NCBI GenBank assembly: GCA_964558895.1
Contig: CAZLFU010000001.1
Location: forward strand, 1-63,197
Reading direction: 5' to 3'
Origin: an uncultured Candidatus Peribacteria bacterium
GTDB taxonomy: Bacteria > Patescibacteriota > Gracilibacteria > Peribacterales > Peribacteraceae
DNA: 63,197 nucleotides
Part shown: one piece after another, positions 25,714 through 34,940 of the stretch
Numbering within the stretch: position 1 is the first letter of the stretch
How the letters are laid out: the number at the start of each line of letters is the position of its first letter
Position numbers and translations under genes: made by a program
Notes under the pieces: model-generated
Databases searched by the model: none
What the model was told of the DNA's origin: nothing
What the model saw: the letters and a program-made list of their open reading frames with translations, nothing else

Positions 25714-27033
25714 TCAATGGACTATTTTGCAGCTTCCGTCTTTGCATCGCGGCCTTCTGTCTGCAATGTATTGGTAGACCCTTCTGCCTATTGGAGCGAC
25801 TCCAGGAAGGTGCAACAGGGGCTTGAGAGGCCAGAGAGTTGGTAGAGATCCTGCCAAGGATCGGAAGGCATCAAAGCCATCGAGAAGGTGGCCATCTGGC
25901 AGGCGGATATGAAGAGAGGTGAGCAACTCGTTCTTTGTCTTCGCGGGTGCATATTTTTTTCTCATGGCTGCATCATGCAAATTTACGATGCGTATGCGCT
26001 GCAGATGATCTGCAATACTTAGGAGAAACACAGATCGCATACAGAGAGAGCACTGCCCATCGTACAAAATAACGACAGAGTCTTTTGTATGCCTGTTGAA
26101 CCATGTACGAAGCACAGAGAAGTCTCTTTCTTGTAACGCGCCAAGGTATGCAGTGAACATAGCAAAGCAAAAAGAGCCCACATTCATGAGTATAAAAATA
26201 CTGCCGTGGAACAGAATGCCAAAGAACAGAAGAATGCGTTTGAGCGAATGTCGGCGAATCCAGAGTGGTAATTTTTGAGTGACAGAACGAGGGGTCAGAA
26301 GGAGCACCCACAAAAACTGCCACACAAGTGTGAGGTGGGTAGGGAGAGAAGAGTACGTTGCGAGTACGTCCATCACAGGCTTGGGCCATTTTGCAAAATG
26401 TGTATGGTGAAGTGCTGTTGCAATCGCAGTACCATCGTGCCACATATCACCCAAATATTTATCCCATGCAGAGGTGATGTATACCACTATCAATTGCCAG
26501 ATAAGAAGTCGATAGGGCCAGATGGACATAGTGAGAGGTGGCAGTAGCTTCTTATTCTTTTGCCACGATTTCCACTGATCCCCCAAACGATCGAGGGAGA
26601 AGGCTCTCAATTCTGGACTGATAAGCAGAAGGAAACCAACAACCCGAAGCATCGTATCTCCTCCATTGAGAGGTAGTCCATTGCGTTCATGAAAGGAAAA
26701 AAGAAGAAGAACACTCAAGCTAGTAGTAATGCGTGTCCACTTTCCAAGAGCGCAGCAGATGAGGAGTAGGATCAGAAGAATATAGAGTGCGTACACTGCT
26801 TCTGGTTTCGTGATGATATCCAGAATACTAAAGCGGTCATGAATGCGGGTGATAAGAGAAAGATCATCAACTGGTACCATCCCAGCATTGGAATAGAGCC
26901 ACCAAACATCCGGAGCTTTGAAGAGAAAGAACCCCAAGGTGATTGTTGCCCACGCAATGCGCATCATGCCAAAGCCACTTGCAGAAATAGACTGAAAGAA
27001 AAAAGCCTGGATGGAGAGGAAAAATTTACGCAT
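25714..27033 (-). CDS. HTTM-domain membrane protein fused to a C-terminal DCC-family thiol-disulfide oxidoreductase
   Basis: 'FGMMRIAWATITLGFFLF...WWLYSNAGMVP' is HTTM-like with multiple TM helices. C-terminal 'VILYDGQCSLCMRSVFLL' is DCC/DUF393. Start set at ATG 27033; the track N-terminus reads through a palindromic repeat. Confidence 0.65.
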   Translation of the reverse strand: MRKFFLSIQAFFFQSISASGFGMMRIAWATITLGFFLFKAPDVWWLYSNAGMVPVDDLSLITRIHDRFSILDIITKPEAVYALYILLILLLICCALGKWTRITTSLSVLLLFSFHERNGLPLNGGDTMLRVVGFLLLISPELRAFSLDRLGDQWKSWQKNKKLLPPLTMSIWPYRLLIWQLIVVYITSAWDKYLGDMWHDGTAIATALHHTHFAKWPKPVMDVLATYSSLPTHLTLVWQFLWVLLLTPRSVTQKLPLWIRRHSLKRILLFFGILFHGSIFILMNVGSFCFAMFTAYLGALQERDFSVLRTWFNRHTKDSVVILYDGQCSLCMRSVFLLSIADHLQRIRIVNLHDAAMRKKYAPAKTKNELLTSLHIRLPDGHLLDGFDAFRSLAGSLPTLWPLKPLLHLPGVAPIGRRVYQYIADRRPRCKDGSCKIVH

Positions 27034-27628
27034 AAGATGGGTGTATGGCACTGATAGTTGGGAATATGGGTTTCGGGTTTCGGGTTTCGGGTTTATCCTC
27101 TTTTTCAATTTCGAACCCGAATTTCGAACCCGAACCCGATACTTCTGGACAACTTGAATCCACTTCAATTCTACTATCCCACTCTGGTTTCCAATTTCTC
27201 CACCACGAGACAGACATCTGGATGCCTTCTTTGGGGATGACATGCCAATGACGGATGAGTCGTATCGGAGTAGTAGGCATCAGACGTAAATTGTCACAAA
27301 ACCGCAACAGATAGCGCTCTTTCAAAATGCCATACTTTGAGTTTTTTTCGTCTAACCTACGTATAATCTTCAAATTATATGCTCTGTTCCACCAGTGAAA
27401 ACTTTCGTGAGATATTCTCTTCTTTTCTTTCCAGGTTTCGTTTTCCAACACTTCCACACTAAATTCTGTTACACGTCTGGTTGGGTTGGGTGCAAAAATA
27501 TTCCAGAGTTGCCACTGGCTGGTTTGTAACACATACGGGACAATCACTTCTCGTGGATGATCTTTGAGCCACTTTGTGAAAGGATCTTTGGCATCTGGTG
27601 CTAGTGCATAGAGCGCAATTGCCGCCAT
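27026..27628 (-). CDS. Hypothetical protein upstream of the HTTM gene; the C-terminal ~40 codons read through a heptamer palindrome
   Basis: ORF with 8-nt overlap to the HTTM gene. The C-terminus 'SGSGSKFGFEIEKEDKPETRNPKP' is encoded by the repeat at 27067-27136. Confidence 0.5.
   Translation of the reverse strand: MAAIALYALAPDAKDPFTKWLKDHPREVIVPYVLQTSQWQLWNIFAPNPTRRVTEFSVEVLENETWKEKKRISHESFHWWNRAYNLKIIRRLDEKNSKYGILKERYLLRFCDNLRLMPTTPIRLIRHWHVIPKEGIQMSVSWWRNWKPEWDSRIEVDSSCPEVSGSGSKFGFEIEKEDKPETRNPKPIFPTISAIHPSYA
27067..27136. repeat. Palindrome built from heptamer repeats
   Basis: (GGGTTTC)x3+GGGTTT at 27067-27093 faces CGAACCCGAATTTCGAACCCGAACCC at 27111-27136. Confidence 0.85.
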
Positions 27629-27761
27629 GTGCCAAAGGCAGAAGAGAATGATGACAGTTTGGCCAATAGGCGTGAGCCTGCTGAGGAGCTTGGTTGAGGA
27701 GGGTTTGATTCTTCTAGTGTAGCAGGATGAAGGCTAGAGGTCGAAGGCTATGTTTTGTCTA

Positions 27762-28020
27762 AGGTCAAAAGTCTAAAGTCGGATGTCATGTTTTGACCCA
27801 TCGATACCTCGGAGTAAACTTATTCAAGACACTACCACGACATCTCACAGCACAAATTCTTTTAAGCATCACCCTCACCCCGCCTCTGATGAGGCACCCC
27901 TCTCCCGTCCTTCGACAGAGCTCAGGATGACACGGGAGAGGGGAAGACCCCGTAAAGACGGGGTCGGGGGTGAGGGTAAATGAAAAAGTAAAAAGCCCTA
28001 CAACTTATGACTTTTGACCT
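27762..28020. repeat. MITE/REP-like intergenic element with 12-bp terminal inverted repeats and nested GC hairpins
   Basis: AGGTCAAAAGTC (27762-73) / GACTTTTGACCT (28009-20). Inside: accctcacccc (27871-81) / ggggtgagggt (27967-77); cccctctcccgt (27897-908) / acgggagagggg (27932-43); gaccccgt (27946-53) / acggggtc (27958-65). Confidence 0.6.
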
Positions 28021-28027
28021 ACAACCA

Positions 28028-29290
28028 TCACTTTTTCGGTCTCAGCATCACAATTTCTCTTCCCAAGAACTGATCTGGTCTACGATAGAGGAGCGATGTA
28101 CGTCCAATGAGAGTAGGGGATACTCCTGGTGGTAAGACTGCTTCGTATCCTGCATCATCAATAGCTTTCCAAATTTTTTCGAGCATGACGCTGTCTTTGC
28201 TTCCGTACCATACTGGCCATGTGCATACCAATGGAACACCAGGGAGTGACTCCTTTGCGTTTTGTAGAAAGCTAGATTCTATCTTTTCCAGTTCTGCTCG
28301 GGCTGAAGTGATTTCTTTCTGAGTGGGACGTTTGGAAAAATTTGGTCCCAATGTTGTTTCTGTCACGATGACATCGGGGAAAGTTTTGAGAGCAAATTCT
28401 TTAAGAGCATCCTGTTTCCAAATAGTACACTCCACATCTTTCTTTAAAATTTTCTCTTCCTTGCGGAACCACTCAATGTTTTTGGTACAGCCATTGACTG
28501 CTTTCTGCGAGGAATCGGAAGCGAGACTGTGCCAACCGCGAGCAAGGCATTCCATTGGAATGACTCCAGTACCACAGAAGGGATCAAGCACAGTGAGAAC
28601 TTTTTTCTTCCACCGCTTCTTTGTAGGTTTGGATGATTGCACGTCTTCTTCTAGCCACAATCCAAAATTGAGAAGTATCTGAGCAAGCTTGGGAGGGAGG
28701 AGTCCTACAGTAGTATCGCGAACAGGTTTCTTGATGTCTCGTTTGGTATAGGCATTTACATCTTGTGCACCCATTGTTCTTCCGACCCAGAAGAAATTTT
28801 CATCTACCAAAATAGTCAGTTCGCAGCCATTTTTTCCAGTGAGCATATCGTGATCATGGAGCATTACAGGAAGAGCAGGCTTTTTCTCGTTGCCGATGTA
28901 CCGGCATCCACGACCTTTTTTCTTAAAGGCATCTTTCGTCACACGGTAGAGTGTATGGACAGCTTTTGGGGACACACCAATAGTGCGTATAGCAAAGACA
29001 ACCTTTCCTCGCGCTCCGGAAATTTGATCCACAAATGCTTTGGGGATTTCTTTGAGTGAATCTACTTTCGGTTCTAGTTGCTGTGCGAGAACAATGGTTC
29101 CACCAAGGCATCGCATAAAGTCTGCATCTAGCTCTTCTTCACTTTGAAAGACCACAAACTGCTTCTCTAGCACTCGCTCTAGTGAAAAACCGGGAACAGA
29201 TGCGGAAAGCTCCGCAATACTGATGTGTGGCTGGTGACCGAGGAACGCTGCATAACTTGGCATGCCAAGATGATACAGTGAGCGCTCCAA
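28028..29290 (-). CDS. SAM-dependent methyltransferase, probably RNA-modifying (UPF0020/Trm11-like)
   Basis: 'VLDPFCGTGVIPMECLARGW' SAM-binding motif I after a ~200-aa N-terminal domain. Confidence 0.5.
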   Translation of the reverse strand: MERSLYHLGMPSYAAFLGHQPHISIAELSASVPGFSLERVLEKQFVVFQSEEELDADFMRCLGGTIVLAQQLEPKVDSLKEIPKAFVDQISGARGKVVFAIRTIGVSPKAVHTLYRVTKDAFKKKGRGCRYIGNEKKPALPVMLHDHDMLTGKNGCELTILVDENFFWVGRTMGAQDVNAYTKRDIKKPVRDTTVGLLPPKLAQILLNFGLWLEEDVQSSKPTKKRWKKKVLTVLDPFCGTGVIPMECLARGWHSLASDSSQKAVNGCTKNIEWFRKEEKILKKDVECTIWKQDALKEFALKTFPDVIVTETTLGPNFSKRPTQKEITSARAELEKIESSFLQNAKESLPGVPLVCTWPVWYGSKDSVMLEKIWKAIDDAGYEAVLPPGVSPTLIGRTSLLYRRPDQFLGREIVMLRPKK

Positions 29291-29324
29291 AGTGGGAGAT
29301 GGTCTGTATTGCTCTGTTTCGTCT

Positions 29325-30725
29325 TTATTCCATTATTATAGTATCTTCTTGTTTCGAGAAAACTGGCTGAAGCAGAAGAACAATCAAAAAAACGATACAG
29401 GGAACCAGGTGGAGAAGCCCACGGGCATATCCGGTTTGTCTCAGTGCTTCTTGAGAGAGACTTGTGAAGAGGAAGAGGAATAGCTGGCCAAAGTACACAA
29501 TGAGAATGAATCCAGTGAGGACTACCAGCACACTGCGAAAAGCTTGTTTTGCTCGGGCGATCAGTAGGCCTATAAAGACTGCAAAGAGGAGTAGCCAGTT
29601 GCCTTCGAAGAATGTATTGATCCACACAGCTCGTACTACACCTGGCTGCCAGCCCAGTGTCATTCCTGTTACTTCTTTTGCATTCCCAAAGGTGAGACCA
29701 TGCGAGACTTTGTAGAGTACCCATGGAACAAGCACAGCGAGAATCGCGAGGGTGTACCACAAAATCATGCTTTTGAGTGGCAGTGAACGATTGCGAACCA
29801 AGCTGATAATAAGAATGAGAACAAGTGGTGGAAGATAGAGGAGAATTGCTTCGTTCTTTGTGAAGATGAGAAGACCGAGTGCAAGGGCAGCAATACGAAT
29901 GAATGCTTTTTGCGCATCTCCTTCTGCTCGCAGAACGTGCAAGATCATACTGAGAGCCAAAAAGAGATGTACCGAGAGAAAGACATCTGCATAGGCATTT
30001 GCTCCGTGCATCAAATAGAGTGGCAAACTAGCAAGGAGATATGTCCCAAGTGCAGACCATAGAACATTCACGTAACGTCTCAGCGCAAAGAAGAGCAGTA
30101 CAAGGGCGCTACAGTACCAGAGGAGATGAATGGAATTTACTAAGCCTTCGTCCCATGTTCCTGCAAGGGAAGCAAGCCATGCTTTGACCATAGGAACGGT
30201 TGGAGGATACGAACTTACCGCAGTAGAAGAGACAATTTCGTTCCCAAGTTCCAAATTGAGGACGATTTCTTGCTCCACAAAGAAAGCCTTTCCTCGCATA
30301 TTCCAGTTGTTGTAGACATCATCAAAGTAAGGAGGACTAAGCACCAGGAGCACACCTGCAATACTGACTTTGAGGAGAATCCATGCTCCCACTACTGCGC
30401 AGAGAGTTTTTATCCAGGGGGGAATTCCTGGAGAAGCCGCTGCCGTTACTCCTTCCATGGGTACTCTATTCCAGAACCAAATTCCACCACACACAAGTGT
30501 GAGAAGGCATTGCACAGAGAAGAAGCCTATAAAATTAAGTGAGATAAGTCCGCAGACATGCGTTAAGAAGGTAACGTACATCGTGAGTGTCAGCCCTAGT
30601 ACAAAGCCGATAGCCCATCGTTCTGTTCGAAAAAGAACAGATGTGTGTCCTTCCAGAATACGCAGAAGCAACCAACCTGTGAGAGTGGGAAGTGCGATGC
30701 CAATAGGGAGGAAGAGAAGATTCAT
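29325..30725 (-). CDS. Polytopic membrane protein, ArnT/PMT-like glycosyltransferase (tentative)
   Basis: About 12 hydrophobic helices; size and topology resemble GT39/GT83-type enzymes. Confidence 0.45.
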   Translation of the reverse strand: MNLLFLPIGIALPTLTGWLLLRILEGHTSVLFRTERWAIGFVLGLTLTMYVTFLTHVCGLISLNFIGFFSVQCLLTLVCGGIWFWNRVPMEGVTAAASPGIPPWIKTLCAVVGAWILLKVSIAGVLLVLSPPYFDDVYNNWNMRGKAFFVEQEIVLNLELGNEIVSSTAVSSYPPTVPMVKAWLASLAGTWDEGLVNSIHLLWYCSALVLLFFALRRYVNVLWSALGTYLLASLPLYLMHGANAYADVFLSVHLFLALSMILHVLRAEGDAQKAFIRIAALALGLLIFTKNEAILLYLPPLVLILIISLVRNRSLPLKSMILWYTLAILAVLVPWVLYKVSHGLTFGNAKEVTGMTLGWQPGVVRAVWINTFFEGNWLLLFAVFIGLLIARAKQAFRSVLVVLTGFILIVYFGQLFLFLFTSLSQEALRQTGYARGLLHLVPCIVFLIVLLLQPVFSKQEDTIIME

Positions 30726-31915
30726 TGTAGGTTGGATTCGAATAGAAACGTACCAGGTTCAAATTCATGAACGATGCGGCCAGGGAGTGATACTACTTGC
30801 CCCTCAACAACCAAAGCACCTTCGGAGTTCAGCAGAATATCTGGTCTCTCATAGACAACCCAGAGTCGTAGACCATCTTGCAGAGCTCTCTCTGGCATCG
30901 TTGGAAGAGATGGATACGTGTAATATCGAATGAGCCCTAAATAAGGCCATCTCTCCGATGCCATGAAGACATATTTGTCGTGGAGAACTGTGTACGATTG
31001 CACAGTCTCTGCAAATTGTATGAAGTGTTTTCGCTCACGGAAGATTGCTCTACTTGGAGTTTCTAAGTGGTATGTTTTCCAGTCATGCTGTGCGTAGCTG
31101 ATGATCTCTGCACCCATACGAATATCGTAGAGAAACCAGAGACCAGCAAGAAGAAGGAAAAATTGTAGAATTGCTTTCTGCTTCTTCTCCGGTTGGTCTT
31201 TTTCTTTTGTTAATTTGATTATCAACCACATGAAACCAATTCCAAGCAGTACGTAGAGCAGGCGATTGGCGGAGTGAGAGAGAGGTGGTAGATGAAGGAA
31301 GAGCTCTGCTCGTTCTACGGGTGAAAATCCAAGAAGGGGGCCCCAGAGAAAATTGATGCTATAAGGACGAAGAGAATCAAATGTCCAAAAGGAAATAAAT
31401 GCTTCTCGCAACTTTTCTACAGGATTCCATCCCCGGAATTCTATATCTGCAATAAGCACATTGCTCCCCGGTTCAAATGCAATTCCGAGTACATCTGCAC
31501 GTGGATCCCATTGTCTCATTGGTGCAATGTTGAGATCCATCTGCTGCATTCCATTTGTTGTAGTGAGTGTAAAAGGAAATTGCACCAGATCATTCTCTGG
31601 CGTACCACGAACATGCCAGAGGAGATATGCCTTCGTATCGGTATAGGCGGTATAGGTAAGGTGTACAGCATCGACGCGGTGTGACCACTCGGTGGAACGC
31701 GTCATCTTCCCCAGTGTGTTCGTGACAATATGAACACCCTGTCCCGTCGGCGTGATATTCGTTAAGCCTTTTACTTCCCATTCTCCAGGCACTGTTCCCT
31801 GGAAGTTCCATACAGTATTTTTCTCTGCGTGGGCAGAGAAGGGGATAATAAGAAGGAATAACAATGCAAGATATCGAGGGTGCATGGGATTCATTGTACG
31901 TGGTTCTACGGGCAT
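30722..31915 (-). CDS. Hypothetical secreted/membrane protein coupled to the ArnT-like gene
   Basis: Signal peptide 'YLALLFLLIIPFSAHA'; internal TM helices; 4-nt overlap with the downstream gene. Confidence 0.5.
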   Translation of the reverse strand: MPVEPRTMNPMHPRYLALLFLLIIPFSAHAEKNTVWNFQGTVPGEWEVKGLTNITPTGQGVHIVTNTLGKMTRSTEWSHRVDAVHLTYTAYTDTKAYLLWHVRGTPENDLVQFPFTLTTTNGMQQMDLNIAPMRQWDPRADVLGIAFEPGSNVLIADIEFRGWNPVEKLREAFISFWTFDSLRPYSINFLWGPLLGFSPVERAELFLHLPPLSHSANRLLYVLLGIGFMWLIIKLTKEKDQPEKKQKAILQFFLLLAGLWFLYDIRMGAEIISYAQHDWKTYHLETPSRAIFRERKHFIQFAETVQSYTVLHDKYVFMASERWPYLGLIRYYTYPSLPTMPERALQDGLRLWVVYERPDILLNSEGALVVEGQVVSLPGRIVHEFEPGTFLFESNLQ

Positions 31916-31920
31916 TCAAA

Positions 31921-33747
31921 TCATTTCTTTTCTTGTGCTACCTCTATTTCTTCTGGTCCACCTTCTACTACTGCTTTGATTCTTCGCACGCCAGAAGAAG
32001 AACTCTCTTCTTTGAGGATTTTAAAGGAACCTAACATGCCGGTACGGGCAACATGTGGGCCGCCGCAAATTTCTTTACTGAATGCATTTGAGCCCTCTCC
32101 CATAGAGTAGACCTTTACCTCTTCTGCGTAACGGTCATCAAAGACACCGATAGCCCCTTCTTCTTTTGCCTGCTCTACTGTTGCCATGTGGTAGGAGATA
32201 GGGAGGTCTTTTTCTATTGCAGAGTTTACGAGTCTTTCTACCTCCGCAATCTGTTCTGATGTCATTTTATCATCGTGAGAGAAGTCGAAACGGAGACGTT
32301 CTGTAGTTATGTTTGAGCCCTTCTGGTAGACGTGATCCCCCAATACATTTCGCAGAGATGCATTGAGAAGATGTGTAGCAGTATGCAACTTTGTTGTTTC
32401 TCCAGAATGATCAGCGAGCCCTCCTGCAAAACGTTTCTCTGCACCTTGACGAGATTTCTCCTGATGTTCCTCAAATGCTTTTTGAAATCCAGCTTCGTCT
32501 ACAATGCATCCTCTTTCCGCTGCGATATCTTTGGTAACCTCTAGTGGAAAGCCATACGTATCGTACAAATGAAAGGCAGTGATACCATCAATCACTGTTG
32601 TCTTGAGAGTTGCAATAGTCTTCTCAAATTGTTTTAGCCCTTCCTGTAGCGTTTTTCCGAACTGTTGCTCTTCGTGCGAGAGAACGTCGGAAATATGTTT
32701 TTTCTTCTGGAGAAGATGTCCATACGTGTGTCCATACTGCTCTATGATGGTGCTAGCAACACTCGCACAGAACATACCAGTGTGTTCTATTCCTAGCTTA
32801 CGAGCAGATCGAATGGCTCTACGAATAAGTCGTCGTAGAACATATCCTTGGTCTACATTGGAAGGCTGAATACCATCACCAATAATGAATACTGCTGCAC
32901 GGAGGTGATCGGTAATGATTCGCGCATCTCCCATCATCTTTGCTTTACCAGATTCTGTCATGGCAGAGAGCGCTAGTGTTGCCTGTACAATAGGTTGCAA
33001 TCGATCTGTTTCGTAGACTGTCTCAACTCCCTGTAACACTTTGGCTACTCGCTCTAGCCCCATGCCAGTGTCCACATTTTGTTGCGCCAAAGGTATAAAC
33101 GATCCATCTTCTTTTTTGTTGTACTGCATAAACACATCATTCCAGATTTCTAGCCAATCATCTTTGTGTGTTTCGGGGTTTCCTACAGGTTCACCTTTGC
33201 CTATCCAATAAAACATCTCTGTATCTGGACCACAGGGCCCAGTTTGGCCTGCTGGCCCCCACCAGTTATCTTTTTTGGGAAGGAAGCCGATACGATCAGA
33301 ACTCACACCATGACTCATCCAGTAGCCCGAAGCTTCTGTGTCTTGCGGCGCATCGTCATCTCCACGAAAGCACGTAAATGCCAGATGATCTTTCGGAATT
33401 TTGAGAATTTCCGTGAGAAATTCGAAGCTCATCGCGATCGCTTCTTTTTTGAAGTAATCACCCAAGCTCCAGTTTCCAAGCATTTCAAACATAGTAAGGT
33501 GGCTCGCATCTCCAACTTCGTCGATATCCTGTGTTCGCACGCAGCGCTGTACATTTGTGAGTCTGGTTCCTGCAGGATGTGTTTCTCCTAAGAGATACGG
33601 AACAAGTGGATGCATACCAGCAGTGGTAAAGAGCACCGTAGGGTCATTCTCTGGGATGAGTGATGCTCCAGGAATCACCGCGTGGCCTTTGCTCTGGAAA
33701 AAATCCAAATAGGCTTGCCGAATCTCATCTGTTGTCATTGGCTTCAT
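31921..33747 (-). CDS. alaS: Alanine--tRNA ligase, short form (608 aa)
   Basis: 'DEIRQAYLDFFQSKGHAVIPGASLIPENDPTVLFTTAGMHPLVPYLLG'. Editing-domain motifs 'HTATHLL' and 'CGGPHV'. Ends soon after the editing domain. Confidence 0.9.
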   Translation of the reverse strand: MKPMTTDEIRQAYLDFFQSKGHAVIPGASLIPENDPTVLFTTAGMHPLVPYLLGETHPAGTRLTNVQRCVRTQDIDEVGDASHLTMFEMLGNWSLGDYFKKEAIAMSFEFLTEILKIPKDHLAFTCFRGDDDAPQDTEASGYWMSHGVSSDRIGFLPKKDNWWGPAGQTGPCGPDTEMFYWIGKGEPVGNPETHKDDWLEIWNDVFMQYNKKEDGSFIPLAQQNVDTGMGLERVAKVLQGVETVYETDRLQPIVQATLALSAMTESGKAKMMGDARIITDHLRAAVFIIGDGIQPSNVDQGYVLRRLIRRAIRSARKLGIEHTGMFCASVASTIIEQYGHTYGHLLQKKKHISDVLSHEEQQFGKTLQEGLKQFEKTIATLKTTVIDGITAFHLYDTYGFPLEVTKDIAAERGCIVDEAGFQKAFEEHQEKSRQGAEKRFAGGLADHSGETTKLHTATHLLNASLRNVLGDHVYQKGSNITTERLRFDFSHDDKMTSEQIAEVERLVNSAIEKDLPISYHMATVEQAKEEGAIGVFDDRYAEEVKVYSMGEGSNAFSKEICGGPHVARTGMLGSFKILKEESSSSGVRRIKAVVEGGPEEIEVAQEKK

Positions 33748-33860
33748 ACGAGAGGGGAGTGTAACAGCCCTTCTGCGATGAGGCGAGAAACCTCTGAATA
33801 AATTTAAAAGTCAAATGCTATAAACTTGAATAATGTCAACTTTTGTGTAAAGTGTCGCAA

Positions 33861-34610
33861 ATGTTAGATTTTACTTCTCGAAAAGGCGGAGATATTACGG
33901 AAAGATTTCAAGTAGGGCCTCTTTCCGAAGAGCAATTTAGATCATTAGAAACAGACCTACGTCTTGGGATTTATTTTGCACTTACAAACAGAGAGAAGAA
34001 AAGAGATGGGATAGAGGTGCCAAGATTAAAAATTGGTGAGATGCCTTCGAATCTCATTCCTCAGGAAATAGATCGCCAGATGAAAGAAGTGCATTCGGAA
34101 ATACTGGGTGCAGCTAGAACCATTTTAGGAAGCGATATTTTCTCTTTTGATTCTATTCAGCAAAGACTTGGTACAACCTCTAATGTTTCTGGAATCCAGG
34201 AAAATGCTCTCAAATCTGCAACTTATGATATTGCAATGGCCGTAATGGAAGCACTTAAAAATTGTGCAGAACATGGTAATATCGATCCACGAAAAAGGAT
34301 TGAAGGCGATTATGCATATCATGAAGCTGAAAAGTTATTTCAAGTAACAATGTGGGACGAAGGGTGGGGCTTCTCGCCATCAAAACTCCTAGATGCAGAT
34401 GTAAAAAGCTGCAAAGGAAGAGGTATAAAGCTCATGCTTATTCATAGCGATGACTGTAGATTTGGTTTTGGTAATTCTACTGGTGCGTATGGTTCAAGTG
34501 TTGAACTTGATTTTTATCTCGATGAAAAGAGAAATAGAATAAAAAAAGGACTGGAAGAAATAGATCAAATGAGGAAAAAGGGATTCCTAAGAAGGTTATT
34601 GGGATCTTGA
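33861..34610 (+). CDS. HATPase-like protein (anti-sigma-factor/Ser kinase-like), tentative
   Basis: 'ALKNCAEHGN', 'VTMWDEGWGFS', 'GRGIKLM' resemble the N, G1 and G2 boxes of GHKL ATPases. Confidence 0.4.
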   Translation: MLDFTSRKGGDITERFQVGPLSEEQFRSLETDLRLGIYFALTNREKKRDGIEVPRLKIGEMPSNLIPQEIDRQMKEVHSEILGAARTILGSDIFSFDSIQQRLGTTSNVSGIQENALKSATYDIAMAVMEALKNCAEHGNIDPRKRIEGDYAYHEAEKLFQVTMWDEGWGFSPSKLLDADVKSCKGRGIKLMLIHSDDCRFGFGNSTGAYGSSVELDFYLDEKRNRIKKGLEEIDQMRKKGFLRRLLGS

Positions 34611-34886
34611 ATTGTCACTCTTTTCCTTTCGCTTCAAATCCTCATATTTCTCCAAGTACGATTCACCTAGATTCCCAAAGAAGGAAATGGTTCCCTTGGC
34701 AGCCTCTTTTGCTGTTTTGATGTACGGATTATTAGTATCATTCTTTTTCTGCTTGGTATCTGGTTGATCACCCAAATCTTTCATAGCGTGAAAAGCCCAT
34801 TTACCAAGGTTATCTAGTCCATTTTGGACATGGGCAAAACCATATCCCAATTGCTTTGCCAGAAACTTGAATTCTTGCTTTGCCAT
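34596..34886 (-). CDS. Hypothetical small protein (96 aa)
   Basis: ORF only. Confidence 0.35.
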   Translation of the reverse strand: MAKQEFKFLAKQLGYGFAHVQNGLDNLGKWAFHAMKDLGDQPDTKQKKNDTNNPYIKTAKEAAKGTISFFGNLGESYLEKYEDLKRKEKSDNSRSQ

Positions 34887-34940
34887 GCTTATAGCATAGT
34901 AATTTTGGCTCCAATATGCTATAATAATCGGATATCTTTT

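Noticed and set aside
25487-25777. 96-aa ORF overlapping tRNA-Asn
   Set aside because: It reads antisense through the tRNA gene and the adjacent intergenic region, so it is spurious.
27034-27243. N-terminal 70 aa of track ORF 25714..27243; similarly 5458..5583 for csoR and 40581..40700 for the ATPase-Nudix gene
   Set aside because: The extensions run through a palindromic repeat, a promoter/operator, or the end of metK respectively. Internal ATGs give proteins that start where family similarity starts.
27783-27983. 66-aa ORF; also 51111..51317 and 51157..51447 (peptides such as 'PLPSREREH', 'SPSQGEGTGMRA')
   Set aside because: These are translations of the GC-rich REP-like hairpins, which are typical spurious ORFs over palindromic repeats.
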